NCBI GenBank assembly: GCA_964347045.1
Contig: CAYFXC010000005.1
Span: 98,282-162,281 of the forward strand
DNA: 64,000 nt
DNA from: an uncultured archaeon
GTDB lineage: Archaea > Asgardarchaeota > Hermodarchaeia > Hermodarchaeales > Hermodarchaeaceae
Direction: 5' to 3'
In this document: positions 9,336 to 19,384 of the stretch, in pieces
Layout: each line of letters begins with the position of its first letter
How positions within the stretch are numbered: the stretch's first letter is position 1
Position numbers and translations under genes: made by a program
Notes under the pieces: generated by a model
Told to the model about the DNA's origin: nothing
The model's input: the letters and a program-made list of their open reading frames with translations, nothing else
Databases searched by the model: none

Positions 9336-10376
9336 TTACGAAAATTTTCCATATTTTTCAGCAGCAAGAACCATCGCTCGAATATTCTCCAACGGCGCTA
9401 GTGGTGGAACTTCACAGCCACTACTCAATATGTATCGACCATCTTGACCAACAGTTTCAATGCATCCTTTTGCAGCCGCTTCAATTTCTTTGGGGGTTCC
9501 CATCAATAGAAGTTCTGTAGGATTCAAATTTCCCATTAAAATGACTTTGTGCCCTACACGTTTTTTAGCCTCTGCCATATCGACGAGGTGATCGAGTTCT
9601 AGCATCTTAGTACCAGTCTCCGCCATAAGCTCAAGCATAGGCATTGTTTTACCGCATATGTGTAAAGAGGCAAAAGCACCTGTCTGTGAAATCGCGTTAA
9701 CAAGTACTTTTTGTTGAGGTGCCGCATAAGTTCCGAAGGTTGTAGGGCTAATAAGACTGCCACTAGCTGTTGGATCCGCTATTACTATGACATCTATTCC
9801 GGCTTCAATATTGGCGAGGGCATACTTTATTGAAGCCTCTAATGCTAAATCAGTAAGTTCGGTAACAAATTGTGAATCATGAATGGTCGCAATCATAAGG
9901 GGATTTACTCCAGCTAGCTGCCCGGCTAGTGTAAATGGTCCCGGTGTATAGGCAAAAAGAGGAATCTCGTCTTTTACTTTCTTTTTAATTAAGTATACCA
10001 ATTCCATATGTAGAGGTAAGCGTCCGGAGCTATTGGGATCAGGCACTTCTATCTTGTCAACATCAGCTGGTGATTTTACTATATTTTCTGCTACTTGGGG
10101 CACAGAGTCTTCTGGAAAGCGCATAGTGCACCCCATCGCTTCTGCCAGTAAATTAAATGAACTTTCCCATCCCACATAGATGGCATCATATCCAAGCCTA
10201 CGTTGCCCAGCCAATAAAGCTTTAGCCGTCTTCTTCGGACTATGTAACGCCTCTATTAGACCCACGCCAGTTATTTGAGCAGTTGTATAAGTGACTTGAG
10301 GGATAACTGGCACTCGATCCGGTAACTCGCCTTGAAGAACTTTCATTACGCGCTGAAAGGGAGTGAGCGAACTCAT
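9336..10376 (-). CDS. MtaA/CmuA-like methylcobamide methyltransferase (UROD fold)
   Basis: DRVPVIP, GPFTLA, ADPTAS, LHICG, GNLNP, SSGCEVP (H-x-C...C Zn ligands). Confidence 0.9.
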   Translation of the reverse strand: MSSLTPFQRVMKVLQGELPDRVPVIPQVTYTTAQITGVGLIEALHSPKKTAKALLAGQRRLGYDAIYVGWESSFNLLAEAMGCTMRFPEDSVPQVAENIVKSPADVDKIEVPDPNSSGRLPLHMELVYLIKKKVKDEIPLFAYTPGPFTLAGQLAGVNPLMIATIHDSQFVTELTDLALEASIKYALANIEAGIDVIVIADPTASGSLISPTTFGTYAAPQQKVLVNAISQTGAFASLHICGKTMPMLELMAETGTKMLELDHLVDMAEAKKRVGHKVILMGNLNPTELLLMGTPKEIEAAAKGCIETVGQDGRYILSSGCEVPPLAPLENIRAMVLAAEKYGKFS

Positions 10377-10520
10377 TTTCGTGTTTCCTCAACCACCAGA
10401 TTGATTTCAGGCTACATTAACCTTATACTACTTTTTCCTGTATAATTTCGTTTGCTACAGATGGAATAAAACTTCTATGCCTAAGGCAGCATCTTTAAAT
10501 TACTATTAACCACAGTTTGG

Positions 10521-11537
10521 ATGGGGAATGTGTCTTTCCCCATGCGTGAGTTGGATAGGCTGGGTTCGGATCCGATCGCTATGTCAAATAATCCTCCAAA
10601 GAAAACTCAACCGGATACAAGTCAGACAGAGGACGAACCACATACCTGTCCAAACTGCAGTAGCAACAAGCTAATAATGACCTCCTCACGTGAACTTGTG
10701 TGTTCTAATTGTGGTCTGGTTCTTAACGATGATGTTATAGATTTTGGAGCTGAATGGCGCGAGTTCTCTCCAGAAGAACGTGATAAACGCGCACGTGCCG
10801 GACCTCCCTCTACACTTACCATGCATGATCGTGGATTATCAACTACAATTGACTGGCGAGATGTCGATGCACGAGGACATAAACTTGATGCTCGGCGACG
10901 AGCAGAAATGCAACGGATTCGGAAATGGCACAATCGCAGTCGCGTCTATCAAGCTAGTGAACGCAATCTTGCTAGTGCCATGAGTGAACTCGACCGATTA
11001 TCTGGGCAACTAGACCTTCCTCAACGAGTTCGTCAATCTGCGGCGCTTTTGTATCGACGTGCCTTGGACAAAAACCTCATTCGCGGACGGAGCATTGAAG
11101 CCATCGTTGCCGCATGCGTTTATGCTGCATGTCGGTTTACCAGTTTTCCACGAACGCTAGCAGATGTAGGGCGATATACTCGGGTTGGGCGCAAAGAACT
11201 AGGTCGCTCATACAGGCTAATTGTACGACGTCTTGGACTTCAAATGCCTGTTACTCAGCCTGAGGATTTTGTATCTCGCTATACTAATGCACTCACCCTT
11301 TCCCAGCGAACTCATGCCCGGGCACTTGATATTCTCATGCAAGCTCGTAACAAAGGAATAACCTCTGGAAAAGATCCTACCTGTATTGCCGCGGCTGCGA
11401 TCTATATCGCCTCAATCCTTGAAGGAGAGCGGCGAACCCAACGTGAGATTGGCGAGGTCGCGGGTGTCACTGAAGTAACAGTTCGTAATCGGTACAAAGA
11501 ATTAGTTCGTGCCTTAGACCTTGGAGTAGAGGTTTAG
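10521..11537 (+). CDS. tfb: Transcription initiation factor IIB
   Basis: Zn ribbon CPNC..CSNCG, EWREF, HDRGLST, RGRS, GVTEVTVRNRYKE; likely start ATG 10581. Confidence 0.97.
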   Translation: MGNVSFPMRELDRLGSDPIAMSNNPPKKTQPDTSQTEDEPHTCPNCSSNKLIMTSSRELVCSNCGLVLNDDVIDFGAEWREFSPEERDKRARAGPPSTLTMHDRGLSTTIDWRDVDARGHKLDARRRAEMQRIRKWHNRSRVYQASERNLASAMSELDRLSGQLDLPQRVRQSAALLYRRALDKNLIRGRSIEAIVAACVYAACRFTSFPRTLADVGRYTRVGRKELGRSYRLIVRRLGLQMPVTQPEDFVSRYTNALTLSQRTHARALDILMQARNKGITSGKDPTCIAAAAIYIASILEGERRTQREIGEVAGVTEVTVRNRYKELVRALDLGVEV

Positions 11538-11602
11538 ATTCACGCAATCTCTTTTTTCTTACCATTTGGTCTAGACAAAATTACTTAAAGGCATACTCCT
11601 GA

Positions 11603-13597
11603 GTGTATGCCTGGTTTCCAGCTGAAGCGTATTATTGCCTTTTCGCTAGTTTTGTTATGGAAGCGATTATTGTGAGAAAAACAGCGCTCTTCTTTGGGAT
11701 GTTCTTTTCCATTCTTTTGTTCGCTAATATGGTGCCTTTATCTTCATCAGAACAGATTTCAAATAATGTCTCATTTCTAACTAGTTTGGACGGGTTCCAG
11801 GTATCAAAGATATCCACTCCACAATCCCCCGCACCTCCGCCACTTGAAACAGTGGCTATTATTGTACAAAACACATTGTATTCTAGTATATCTGGAAATG
11901 TGACTCAATATCGGGCAGATCTTAACAACACTGGATACAACACACTTCTTGTCACACAACTATTCAATACGCATCAGGAATTACGTGGTAATCTTACCCA
12001 ATGGTATCACAGCTATACCAATTTTGTTGGAGCTGTCATAATCGGTCGACTTCCCTTTGCACAATTCTACCATCCAACATCGGGACAATTCACTGCAGAA
12101 ACTTTCATTGCTGATCTCTATCTCATGGATTTAGATGGAAACTGGTATGACACAGGAATGGCAGGTCATGCTGTAGGAGTATATGATGTTCATAATGCTT
12201 CAGCTGGAGCAGACATTTACCCTGAAATTTTCATAGGACGTATTGATCCGCAAAATCTCTCTTGGGATACACCTGCGAATTTCATCAACACATATCTAGA
12301 TCGGGTTCATCGCTATAGAACCGGTGGAGTTCAACGTCAGAAACGTGCTCTTGTTTATATTGATGATGACTGGGCCGGCTATTGGGGTTCTGTATGGGAT
12401 GGTGAGGTAGGACTTGCTTATTCAACTCGAACCTTCATCGATTCCCCTGCAACCTGGACTAACTCAACAGATTGGGCAAATAATCGACTTATTCAAAATT
12501 ATCAATGGACTCATCTTGCCGTTCATAGTTCTGCTACAGCCCACTGGTTTGGTCCAGGTGGATTTGGTGGTGAGGGCATCATCTCTGCTAATCCAACCAT
12601 ACGTCAAGCTCCTCCCTCCTTTAACTTCTACAATTTGTTCGCTTGCCATGGGAGTCAATGGACAACCACTGACTCGTTGGGGTCAACGTATACTTTCAGT
12701 GGAAACTATAGTCTTGCAACCATTGGAAGTACCAAGACTGGCGGTATGATGGACAACAACCATTTCTATAACCCGATTAGCGTGAACGATACCATAGGTG
12801 AAGCTCTTCAATACTGGTTTGCTAATTCCTTGAATACGAGTAGTACAGCAGGATCACAGTTCCTCGAATGGTATTATGGCATGAACATCATCGGCGACCC
12901 ATTCTTGACAATTAACTATGATAGCACAGCCTTACCTCCCACTATTATGTCTAGCACGCACCCTGATCCTTCTGTCTGGTCTACCAATAATCAACCCCAA
13001 TTCAACTGGACCGTTCCAATCGATGTTAATGGTATTGCCGGGTACTATTATATTATTGATCAAAACTCATCAACAATTCCTTCGGCGATTACAGGAACGT
13101 ACACATTAACAAATGGAACCCAATCCTCAATCCTCTTAGCGGATGGCACTTATTATCTTCATGTGGTAAGTAGAGATAATGTGGGTAATGTAGGAAAAAT
13201 CGCTGCCCACTATCAGGTTAATATCGATGTGACTAATCCTGTTGTCACGATAACTATGCCGTCTACTGGTGCAACAGTCACCACATCAGTTCTCCTCTCA
13301 TGGTCAGTTGTGGAAAGTGGCTCTGGTTATGATTATGCCCGCATCCATGTAAATGGTTTATTCGATTCCCAAGTGAATACTCCTTTAACCAACTCTACCC
13401 TCATACTTCTCAACACAGGGAGTGTTACAATCAATGTTACTGTATTCGACCAATCCGGGCTTAGCGGATCAGACCAAATCACAGTAATTGTCTCATTACC
13501 TCCTCTTGGAATCCCCGGATTTCCAATTGAGGCTATTGCAATTGGAGCTGTACTTGCATTAGGCTTAGGTGTTATCTACCGTCGGAAGAAACGATAG
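11603..13597 (+). CDS. Surface-anchored peptidase C25 (gingipain-like) family protein with Ig-like domains and PGF-CTERM-like sorting signal
   Basis: Signal peptide; EIFIGRI, AVHSS, LFACHG, NIIGDP; many N-x-S/T sequons; IPGFP + TM + RRKKR tail; true start probably near 11657-11672. Confidence 0.75.
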   Translation: MYAWFPAEAYYCLFASFVMEAIIVRKTALFFGMFFSILLFANMVPLSSSEQISNNVSFLTSLDGFQVSKISTPQSPAPPPLETVAIIVQNTLYSSISGNVTQYRADLNNTGYNTLLVTQLFNTHQELRGNLTQWYHSYTNFVGAVIIGRLPFAQFYHPTSGQFTAETFIADLYLMDLDGNWYDTGMAGHAVGVYDVHNASAGADIYPEIFIGRIDPQNLSWDTPANFINTYLDRVHRYRTGGVQRQKRALVYIDDDWAGYWGSVWDGEVGLAYSTRTFIDSPATWTNSTDWANNRLIQNYQWTHLAVHSSATAHWFGPGGFGGEGIISANPTIRQAPPSFNFYNLFACHGSQWTTTDSLGSTYTFSGNYSLATIGSTKTGGMMDNNHFYNPISVNDTIGEALQYWFANSLNTSSTAGSQFLEWYYGMNIIGDPFLTINYDSTALPPTIMSSTHPDPSVWSTNNQPQFNWTVPIDVNGIAGYYYIIDQNSSTIPSAITGTYTLTNGTQSSILLADGTYYLHVVSRDNVGNVGKIAAHYQVNIDVTNPVVTITMPSTGATVTTSVLLSWSVVESGSGYDYARIHVNGLFDSQVNTPLTNSTLILLNTGSVTINVTVFDQSGLSGSDQITVIVSLPPLGIPGFPIEAIAIGAVLALGLGVIYRRKKR

Positions 13598-13833
13598 CGA
13601 AAGAAATTACTTATGAAGATTTCAGTTCAAATAATATATGCATTCTACACCTACGTGAAGGATGAAACGAAATCTCTTGTTAAAGTGCCACAATGCGATA
13701 TCGAAAGCGTTTTAGGAAAGTAGATCCGGTGGCAGTAAAGCGCGATCTTTGCTCAAAAGTATTTATACAAAATTAGCTTTTAATGAGAAGCATTGTTCAC
13801 CCGAACTTCCGGTAGAAGGTCAAAAAACCAGGA

Positions 13834-14420
13834 ATGTTAGAATTGGGATCCGACGTTGAAGTTGTTAAAAGTGTTTGTCGTAGTTGCCATGGTGGTTGCG
13901 ACGTACGAATCCATGTCAAGGATGGAAAGGTCGTTAGAGTTGAAGGCGATCCTAAAAGCCCGATAAGCTATGAACCCTCTGTGCTAAAGGCTTAGCATCA
14001 ATGCAGCTTGTCGAAAGCTCAAAGCGTTTGCTTCACCCTCTCAAGAGAATTGGTGAAAGAGGAGACGGGAGGTTTCAACAGTTTGAGTGGAATGAAGCAT
14101 TAGATATCGTAGCTAATAAGCTTAAAGAAATTAAGCAAAAGGATGGTGCAGAATCAGTAGTTTTTGCCCATGGTACCGAATCGGCGTACCTCCACTTCGT
14201 GCATAGGCTAGTCAATTTATTCGGAGCCCCCAATGTAACCTCACCCGGCTACGTATGCTATATTCCTCGTGTAGGCTCATCCATCATCACATGTGGGGGT
14301 TTACCCATCTGCGATTATGATAATAACCCAAGCTGTGTAATGGTTTGGGGTTGTAATCCTGTTCTCACCAACCCGTATGATAATTCAGCCAAAGAGGGGG
14401 CTTTTCGAGCATCACCATAA
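13834..14420 (+). pseudogene. Frameshifted, truncated molybdopterin oxidoreductase catalytic subunit
   Basis: 13834-13971 encodes VKSVCRSCHGGC...VEGDPKSPISY. It continues in another frame from 13974 as TLCAKGLASMQ...RLLHPLKR...WNEALD. One base is missing near 13972, and the ORF ends after ~190 aa. Confidence 0.85.
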
Positions 14421-14576
14421 CAGCACTCTAGTGTTACAGGATTGGAACCACTAAGATTCACACAAATTTATGAAACTAAAAGGTTAATACACGATCCCTT
14501 AATTCATTTCCAAATTCTATTATGACTTTATGCATATCTCATAAAAGTTATTTAATTCCTTAGATAGACTTCTACC

Positions 14577-16499
14577 ATGAATCAAAAAAAAGAAAGGAGC
14601 ATTACCGTCATATTTGAGCCTGAGGGACGAAAGGTAAGAACTGTAATCGGAGCAAGCGTATTTAACGTGGCCGGTAATGTGGGTGTCGACATAAGATCTG
14701 AATGTGGAGGAAAGGGAATCTGCGGAAAATGCAGAGTTATTATCCAAGATATGAAAGCCGTGAACAAGGTAACGGGGGCTGAAATGAACCATTTATCCCC
14801 GTCAGAAATTGATTCAGGCTATAGATTAGCTTGTCGTACTGTATTAAAAGAAAACATCACCATAATGATTCCCCAAGAAAGCCGAATTGGTGAACGTAAA
14901 ATCCAAGTCACAGGGTTAGAAAGGCTTGTACCGGTTTCACCTTTTGTTGCAAAATTTTATCTAGCCTTAGCGAAACCGACACTGGATGATGCCAGATCAG
15001 ACCAAGAAAGGATCCTTGATTTTTTAAAAGATAAGTACGGTCTCAAGCAATTAGAAATCAAGTCTGGAATTGTAAAGAACATGCCCACTATTATTCGCCA
15101 GGCCGATTGGGCCATCACCGTCACGGTATGGAATAGTCAGAAGATTATTGCAATTGAACAGAGTGACACGTCCAAAAAAATTCTAGGATTAGCAATTGAC
15201 ATCGGTACATCGAAAATTGTCGGATGTGTTGTTGATTTGAAGAATGGTACAACCATTGGTGTGGGTTCTATTGAAAACCCCCAGATAATCCATGGTGAGG
15301 ACATCATATCTAGGATTACCTTTGCTAGAAATAGTGAAGAAAAACTAGAAACTCTACAGACACTGGCATTCAAAGGAATAAATGACGTAATAAATGAGGC
15401 ATGCGCCCAAGCGGATGTTGATTCTCAAAACATCTACGAAGCAACAATCGTGGGCAACACAGCAATGCACCACCTATTCTTAGGCGTTCAACCTAAATTC
15501 CTAGCCCTCTCACCCTTTATACCGTCAATTAGTAAATCAATAGATCTTTCAGCCAGCGAAGTTAACCTCAAAATACATCCAATGGCTAATGTGCATGTTT
15601 TACCGATTATCGCAGGTTTCGTTGGTGCAGACGCTGTTGCAAATGTCCTATCCACGGGGATTTACGAATCGAATAAAGTTTTCTTACTTCTGGACATCGG
15701 AACAAACACAGAGATTGTTCTCGGCAACTCTGAGGACCTCGTTTCTTGCTCGTGTGCTTCAGGGCCTGCTTTTGAAGGCGTCCATATCAAACATGGGATG
15801 AAAGCTGTAACAGGTGCAATCGAAAGAGTGCACATCCACCCAGATTTAGATTATAACGTTGAGTTTGAGACAATAGGCAATGTAAAACCACACGGATTAT
15901 GCGGGTCAGCTATGGTTGACGTTGTAGCTGAATTGGCTAAACATGGGATTATAAATCAGCGAGGACGATATGACCTAAAAGTGAACACACCTCGATTGAA
16001 AAACGTTGACAATAATGTCGAATTTATTCTCGTTTGGAAAAACGAAAGCGCCACTGGAAAAGAAATAACGGTTACACAAAAAGACATTAATGAAATTCAA
16101 CTGGCAAAAGCGGCAATTTACACAGGATGCTGGATCTTGATGAAGGAGAAGCACCTGAAGAGTGAAGATATTGATCAGGTCCTTCTAGCAGGTGCCTTTG
16201 GGAGTTACATAAATCCCGAAAGCGCGAGAATGATAGGGTTGGTGCCCGAAGTCCCGACAGAGAAAATTAATTTTGTGGGTAACACTGCGCTAAGTGGTGC
16301 TAAAATGACATTAATTTCACAAGAAGCAAGAAATATTGCCGAGAAGTTATCGAACAAAATCCGGTATCTAGAACTCACAAGAGATCCCGATTTTAATTCC
16401 GAGTTCGCTAAAGCCATGTTTATTCCGCATAAAGATTCAAACCGATTTCCATTGGCTAGGAAAGATTTCAGGAGATTAGGAAAGGATGTTCAAATTTGA
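14577..16499 (+). CDS. ASKHA-domain reductive activator of corrinoid proteins (RACo/AcsV-like) with N-terminal 2Fe-2S domain
   Basis: CGGKGICGKC...RLAC; DIGTS; DIGTNTE; GPAFEG; GLCGS; LAGAFG. Confidence 0.92.
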   Translation: MNQKKERSITVIFEPEGRKVRTVIGASVFNVAGNVGVDIRSECGGKGICGKCRVIIQDMKAVNKVTGAEMNHLSPSEIDSGYRLACRTVLKENITIMIPQESRIGERKIQVTGLERLVPVSPFVAKFYLALAKPTLDDARSDQERILDFLKDKYGLKQLEIKSGIVKNMPTIIRQADWAITVTVWNSQKIIAIEQSDTSKKILGLAIDIGTSKIVGCVVDLKNGTTIGVGSIENPQIIHGEDIISRITFARNSEEKLETLQTLAFKGINDVINEACAQADVDSQNIYEATIVGNTAMHHLFLGVQPKFLALSPFIPSISKSIDLSASEVNLKIHPMANVHVLPIIAGFVGADAVANVLSTGIYESNKVFLLLDIGTNTEIVLGNSEDLVSCSCASGPAFEGVHIKHGMKAVTGAIERVHIHPDLDYNVEFETIGNVKPHGLCGSAMVDVVAELAKHGIINQRGRYDLKVNTPRLKNVDNNVEFILVWKNESATGKEITVTQKDINEIQLAKAAIYTGCWILMKEKHLKSEDIDQVLLAGAFGSYINPESARMIGLVPEVPTEKINFVGNTALSGAKMTLISQEARNIAEKLSNKIRYLELTRDPDFNSEFAKAMFIPHKDSNRFPLARKDFRRLGKDVQI

Positions 16500-16842
16500 A
16501 AAGGAACAAAAGGTCTTCGATATCGCCGGAGTAAAAGTAGGTGGACAACCAGGAGAGTATCCTACCGTTTTGATAGGCAGCATTTTCTATGATAGGCATA
16601 AAATCGTCACAGACACAATGAGAGGTAAATTCAATAAGGCAAAAGCTGAAACTTTACTTATGAAGCAAGAAGAAATGTCTGAAATGACAGGAAACTCGGT
16701 GATTGTCGACGTTGTAGGTCCATCAGCCGAGGCCCTTGAACGGTATGTTGATTTTGTGTCTGAAAAGACTAGATCCCCATTTCTTGTCGATGGTCCATCA
16801 GCTGATGTGAGACTTCCGGTAATGGCGGTGGTTATATCATGA
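16486..16842 (+). pseudogene. mtrH: N-terminal fragment of MtrH/MtxH-like methyltransferase
   Basis: MFKFEKEQKVFDIAGVKVGGQPGEYPTVLIGSIFY is the MtrH N-terminus; only 118 aa versus ~300 aa for the family. Confidence 0.8.
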
Positions 16843-16928
16843 CTAATGGGGCATTCTTTGATCGAGTAAAACCAGAAAATCTAAAGGCCATGGTTGGCGT
16901 CACCAAAGAATACGGCGTATACAAGTAG
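16824..16928 (+). pseudogene. C-terminal remnant of a UROD/MtaA-family protein
   Basis: Translates GGGYIMTNGAFFDRVKPENLKAMVGVTKEYGVYK*, a typical UROD-family end (compare GRYILSSGCEVPPLAPLENIRAMVLAAEKYGKFS at 9336); no start. Confidence 0.75.
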
Positions 16929-17092
16929 ATACCTTACGGGCTGATTTATAACATAATCGCACTGGAATGGTAGGGCATCATACAACCATCATTATAATTG
17001 ACCCCATTACGCCATTGATTACTAGTCTAGCATAGTTTGGCGTTTCATATCCTAAGCAAAGTATGGGAGCAATATCGTTGTTTCAGTACATT

Positions 17093-17866
17093 CTACTTTA
17101 AACGATTGTTTAGAATAGTTTCACATTTCTTGAATAGCTGGTCTATGTTCTGAGAAAATAGGTGGCTGGGATTTGTTTGTACGAGAATTTGGCGGCTCCC
17201 TAGTTCAATGAGTCGTGTGAACAATGGTACCACTGAAGCAACTTCAAAGCCGTACTCTTGTTCGATATCTTTTTTCACCTTGTCAAAGTCAAAAATCCCT
17301 GGACATTTATTACACACAATGTATGTGGAAGGTACTTCAAGTTTTTTAGCAAGGGCCAGGGTGATTGCCGTTCCAAGAAAGTCTTGTTGGTCCAAACGCA
17401 TAATTACAAACAGGAGATCCGTTGTTGCCATTGAGAGTAAAGTTTCTTGATCCAAACCAGGGTGAGTGTCAATGAAAAGGTAATCGAGCTGTTTAGCTTG
17501 CATAATACGCTTAAATCCCCGGCGGAGATCCGCAACCTCATACCCCTCTCGAATAATTGTAGAAATATCTTCAGCATTCAAACTGGCTGGAATAACATGC
17601 AAACTTCCTGGTCCTAACTTCATGGCTTTTGAATGGTTTATAGTGGCTTTCTCGATGGTACACTTCTTTCGCAGGTAATCGTTGAGCGTGTAATTGAATC
17701 GTTTTCCTGCGAGCCCAAAGAGGACATGCAGTCCTGGGCTTTGGATGTCTGTGTCAATAACCCCCACTTGTCGTCCTTTCATAGCTGCAAAGGTGGCAAG
17801 ATTTGCAGTAAGGTTGCTTTTACCTGTGCCCCCTCGGAAGCTGTGAACAGTAATGATTTTACCCAT
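17093..17866 (-). CDS. MinD/ParA family ATPase
   Basis: Deviant Walker A RGGTGKS; DTDIQSPG; DYLFIDTHPG. Confidence 0.9.
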   Translation of the reverse strand: MGKIITVHSFRGGTGKSNLTANLATFAAMKGRQVGVIDTDIQSPGLHVLFGLAGKRFNYTLNDYLRKKCTIEKATINHSKAMKLGPGSLHVIPASLNAEDISTIIREGYEVADLRRGFKRIMQAKQLDYLFIDTHPGLDQETLLSMATTDLLFVIMRLDQQDFLGTAITLALAKKLEVPSTYIVCNKCPGIFDFDKVKKDIEQEYGFEVASVVPLFTRLIELGSRQILVQTNPSHLFSQNIDQLFKKCETILNNRLK

Positions 17867-17964
17867 AAATTTTCCACCTAGAAATTTACCTTCGATCTTT
17901 CTCTAAGATTTGGAGTTTATGCTCATTGTTTCGAGGTAGAATTGTGTGCTATTAAAGCATTGGT

Positions 17965-19233
17965 TTAAGTCAGCCACTCCACATTTTCTCCTAGTTTCCG
18001 CAAGACTACGGTGAGCTTCTCTTCGTCGACACCTATGCGCTGTGCGATGTCGCCTATCGTATTGTTCCCGTCGCAGTAGGATTTCGCGTCTTCAAGAATC
18101 TTATATTCGTCACGAGGCAAGCCCACTGTTTCCAAATAAGCTAGAAATCGACGGTCGCTAGCGACTAACTTCGGATAGAATTGCACACGCCGAATATACC
18201 CTCGGGCGGAGAGGTAACTGAGAATCTCAGAGAGCTGACGCCCATGTACGCCTGTTCGGGTTCTAATCTCCTCGACATTAGAAACACCGTCGATGCCTTG
18301 AAAGACATCACGTCCCGCATTCCCAAATAAGTTATCAAATTCTTTAGCTTGCCCTGTACTCTCAGCAAATAGCTTGCCTTCCATCATGGGGTTAGAGGCA
18401 AAGACATCAAACTCGGAGAATGTTTCTACGCCAATAGTCTTGGGTTGAACCTTCACCATACTCGAATAGTCGACATTACTCAAACCATAGACTAAAGGAG
18501 ATATGATTTCAGCACAACGTCCCACATTCATATCTTCACGAATTATGGCAAGAAGAGCCAAGTCTGGCTTTACTTGGTTCACAAAAAGTTTGGTACCTTC
18601 TTCCAAAATGGTTTGAGCCACTGCAAAATAGCTTGGAAGCTCCATATTTCGGGATTGGCTAATTTGACGTGTACCAATCTCTAATTCGTGTTGCTGGAGT
18701 TTCGTTGATATGACAAAACCATCTTTGGTCAAAAGTGCTGTTCGTAAAATTCCTGGTTTTCCCTCAATGATGTTGAGGAGCTCTTCGACTTTCTGAAAAA
18801 TTTCTGGAGGAAGGATTGCTGAGGGATATCTCTGTTGAATCTCAGGAATTTTATCATATTTTCCAAGAATTTCCATGACATATTCACGAAAACCCACAAA
18901 CAAATGAGATGAGATTACTGCTTGTTTCAATATCTTCCCATATTGTCGTTCGAAGGTTTGTGCAATTTCTTTGATAATCACCCGATAAACGTTCTCATCA
19001 TCTCCTTGTCCAATTACGATGATGAATAGCACATCTTCTCTGCTTTCATAAACAAATTTATTTTCTGCGAAGGTAACAACTTGAATCTGACCTTCACCAA
19101 TTTCTTCAGCAAATCCTGCTTGGGCTGAAAGAAATCCAGCAACAAGTGCATCGAGTTTCGGTGCACCATCGGGGGCAAAATTAAACAAAGGCATGCCTCC
19201 TTTTTTAAGAACAATGATTTCTTTTACCGGCAA
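17965..19233 (-). CDS. Longin + roadblock + tandem winged-helix multidomain protein
   Basis: Longin (IIVLKKGGMPLF..LVAGFLSA); roadblock (GILRTALLTKDGFVIST); two DG..[NT]+.[ED]I wH-like repeats. Confidence 0.7.
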   Translation of the reverse strand: MPVKEIIVLKKGGMPLFNFAPDGAPKLDALVAGFLSAQAGFAEEIGEGQIQVVTFAENKFVYESREDVLFIIVIGQGDDENVYRVIIKEIAQTFERQYGKILKQAVISSHLFVGFREYVMEILGKYDKIPEIQQRYPSAILPPEIFQKVEELLNIIEGKPGILRTALLTKDGFVISTKLQQHELEIGTRQISQSRNMELPSYFAVAQTILEEGTKLFVNQVKPDLALLAIIREDMNVGRCAEIISPLVYGLSNVDYSSMVKVQPKTIGVETFSEFDVFASNPMMEGKLFAESTGQAKEFDNLFGNAGRDVFQGIDGVSNVEEIRTRTGVHGRQLSEILSYLSARGYIRRVQFYPKLVASDRRFLAYLETVGLPRDEYKILEDAKSYCDGNNTIGDIAQRIGVDEEKLTVVLRKLGENVEWLT

Positions 19234-19384
19234 ATGGTGTCACCAAATTCTGACCTTTACTGATACCACGCATAGATTAACCTTTGTATTGAAAAAACCA
19301 CATCCAAGCCAAGATTGAAACGCTTATAATCTTTTCTTTCTAATGTTCAGGCGAGATAGTGTGGAATAAGCGGAGATTAACTTA

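Noticed and set aside
13960-14000. Programmed frameshift in the Mo-oxidoreductase
   Set aside because: No slippery heptamer, and the gene is also truncated at 14420; decay or sequencing error is simpler.
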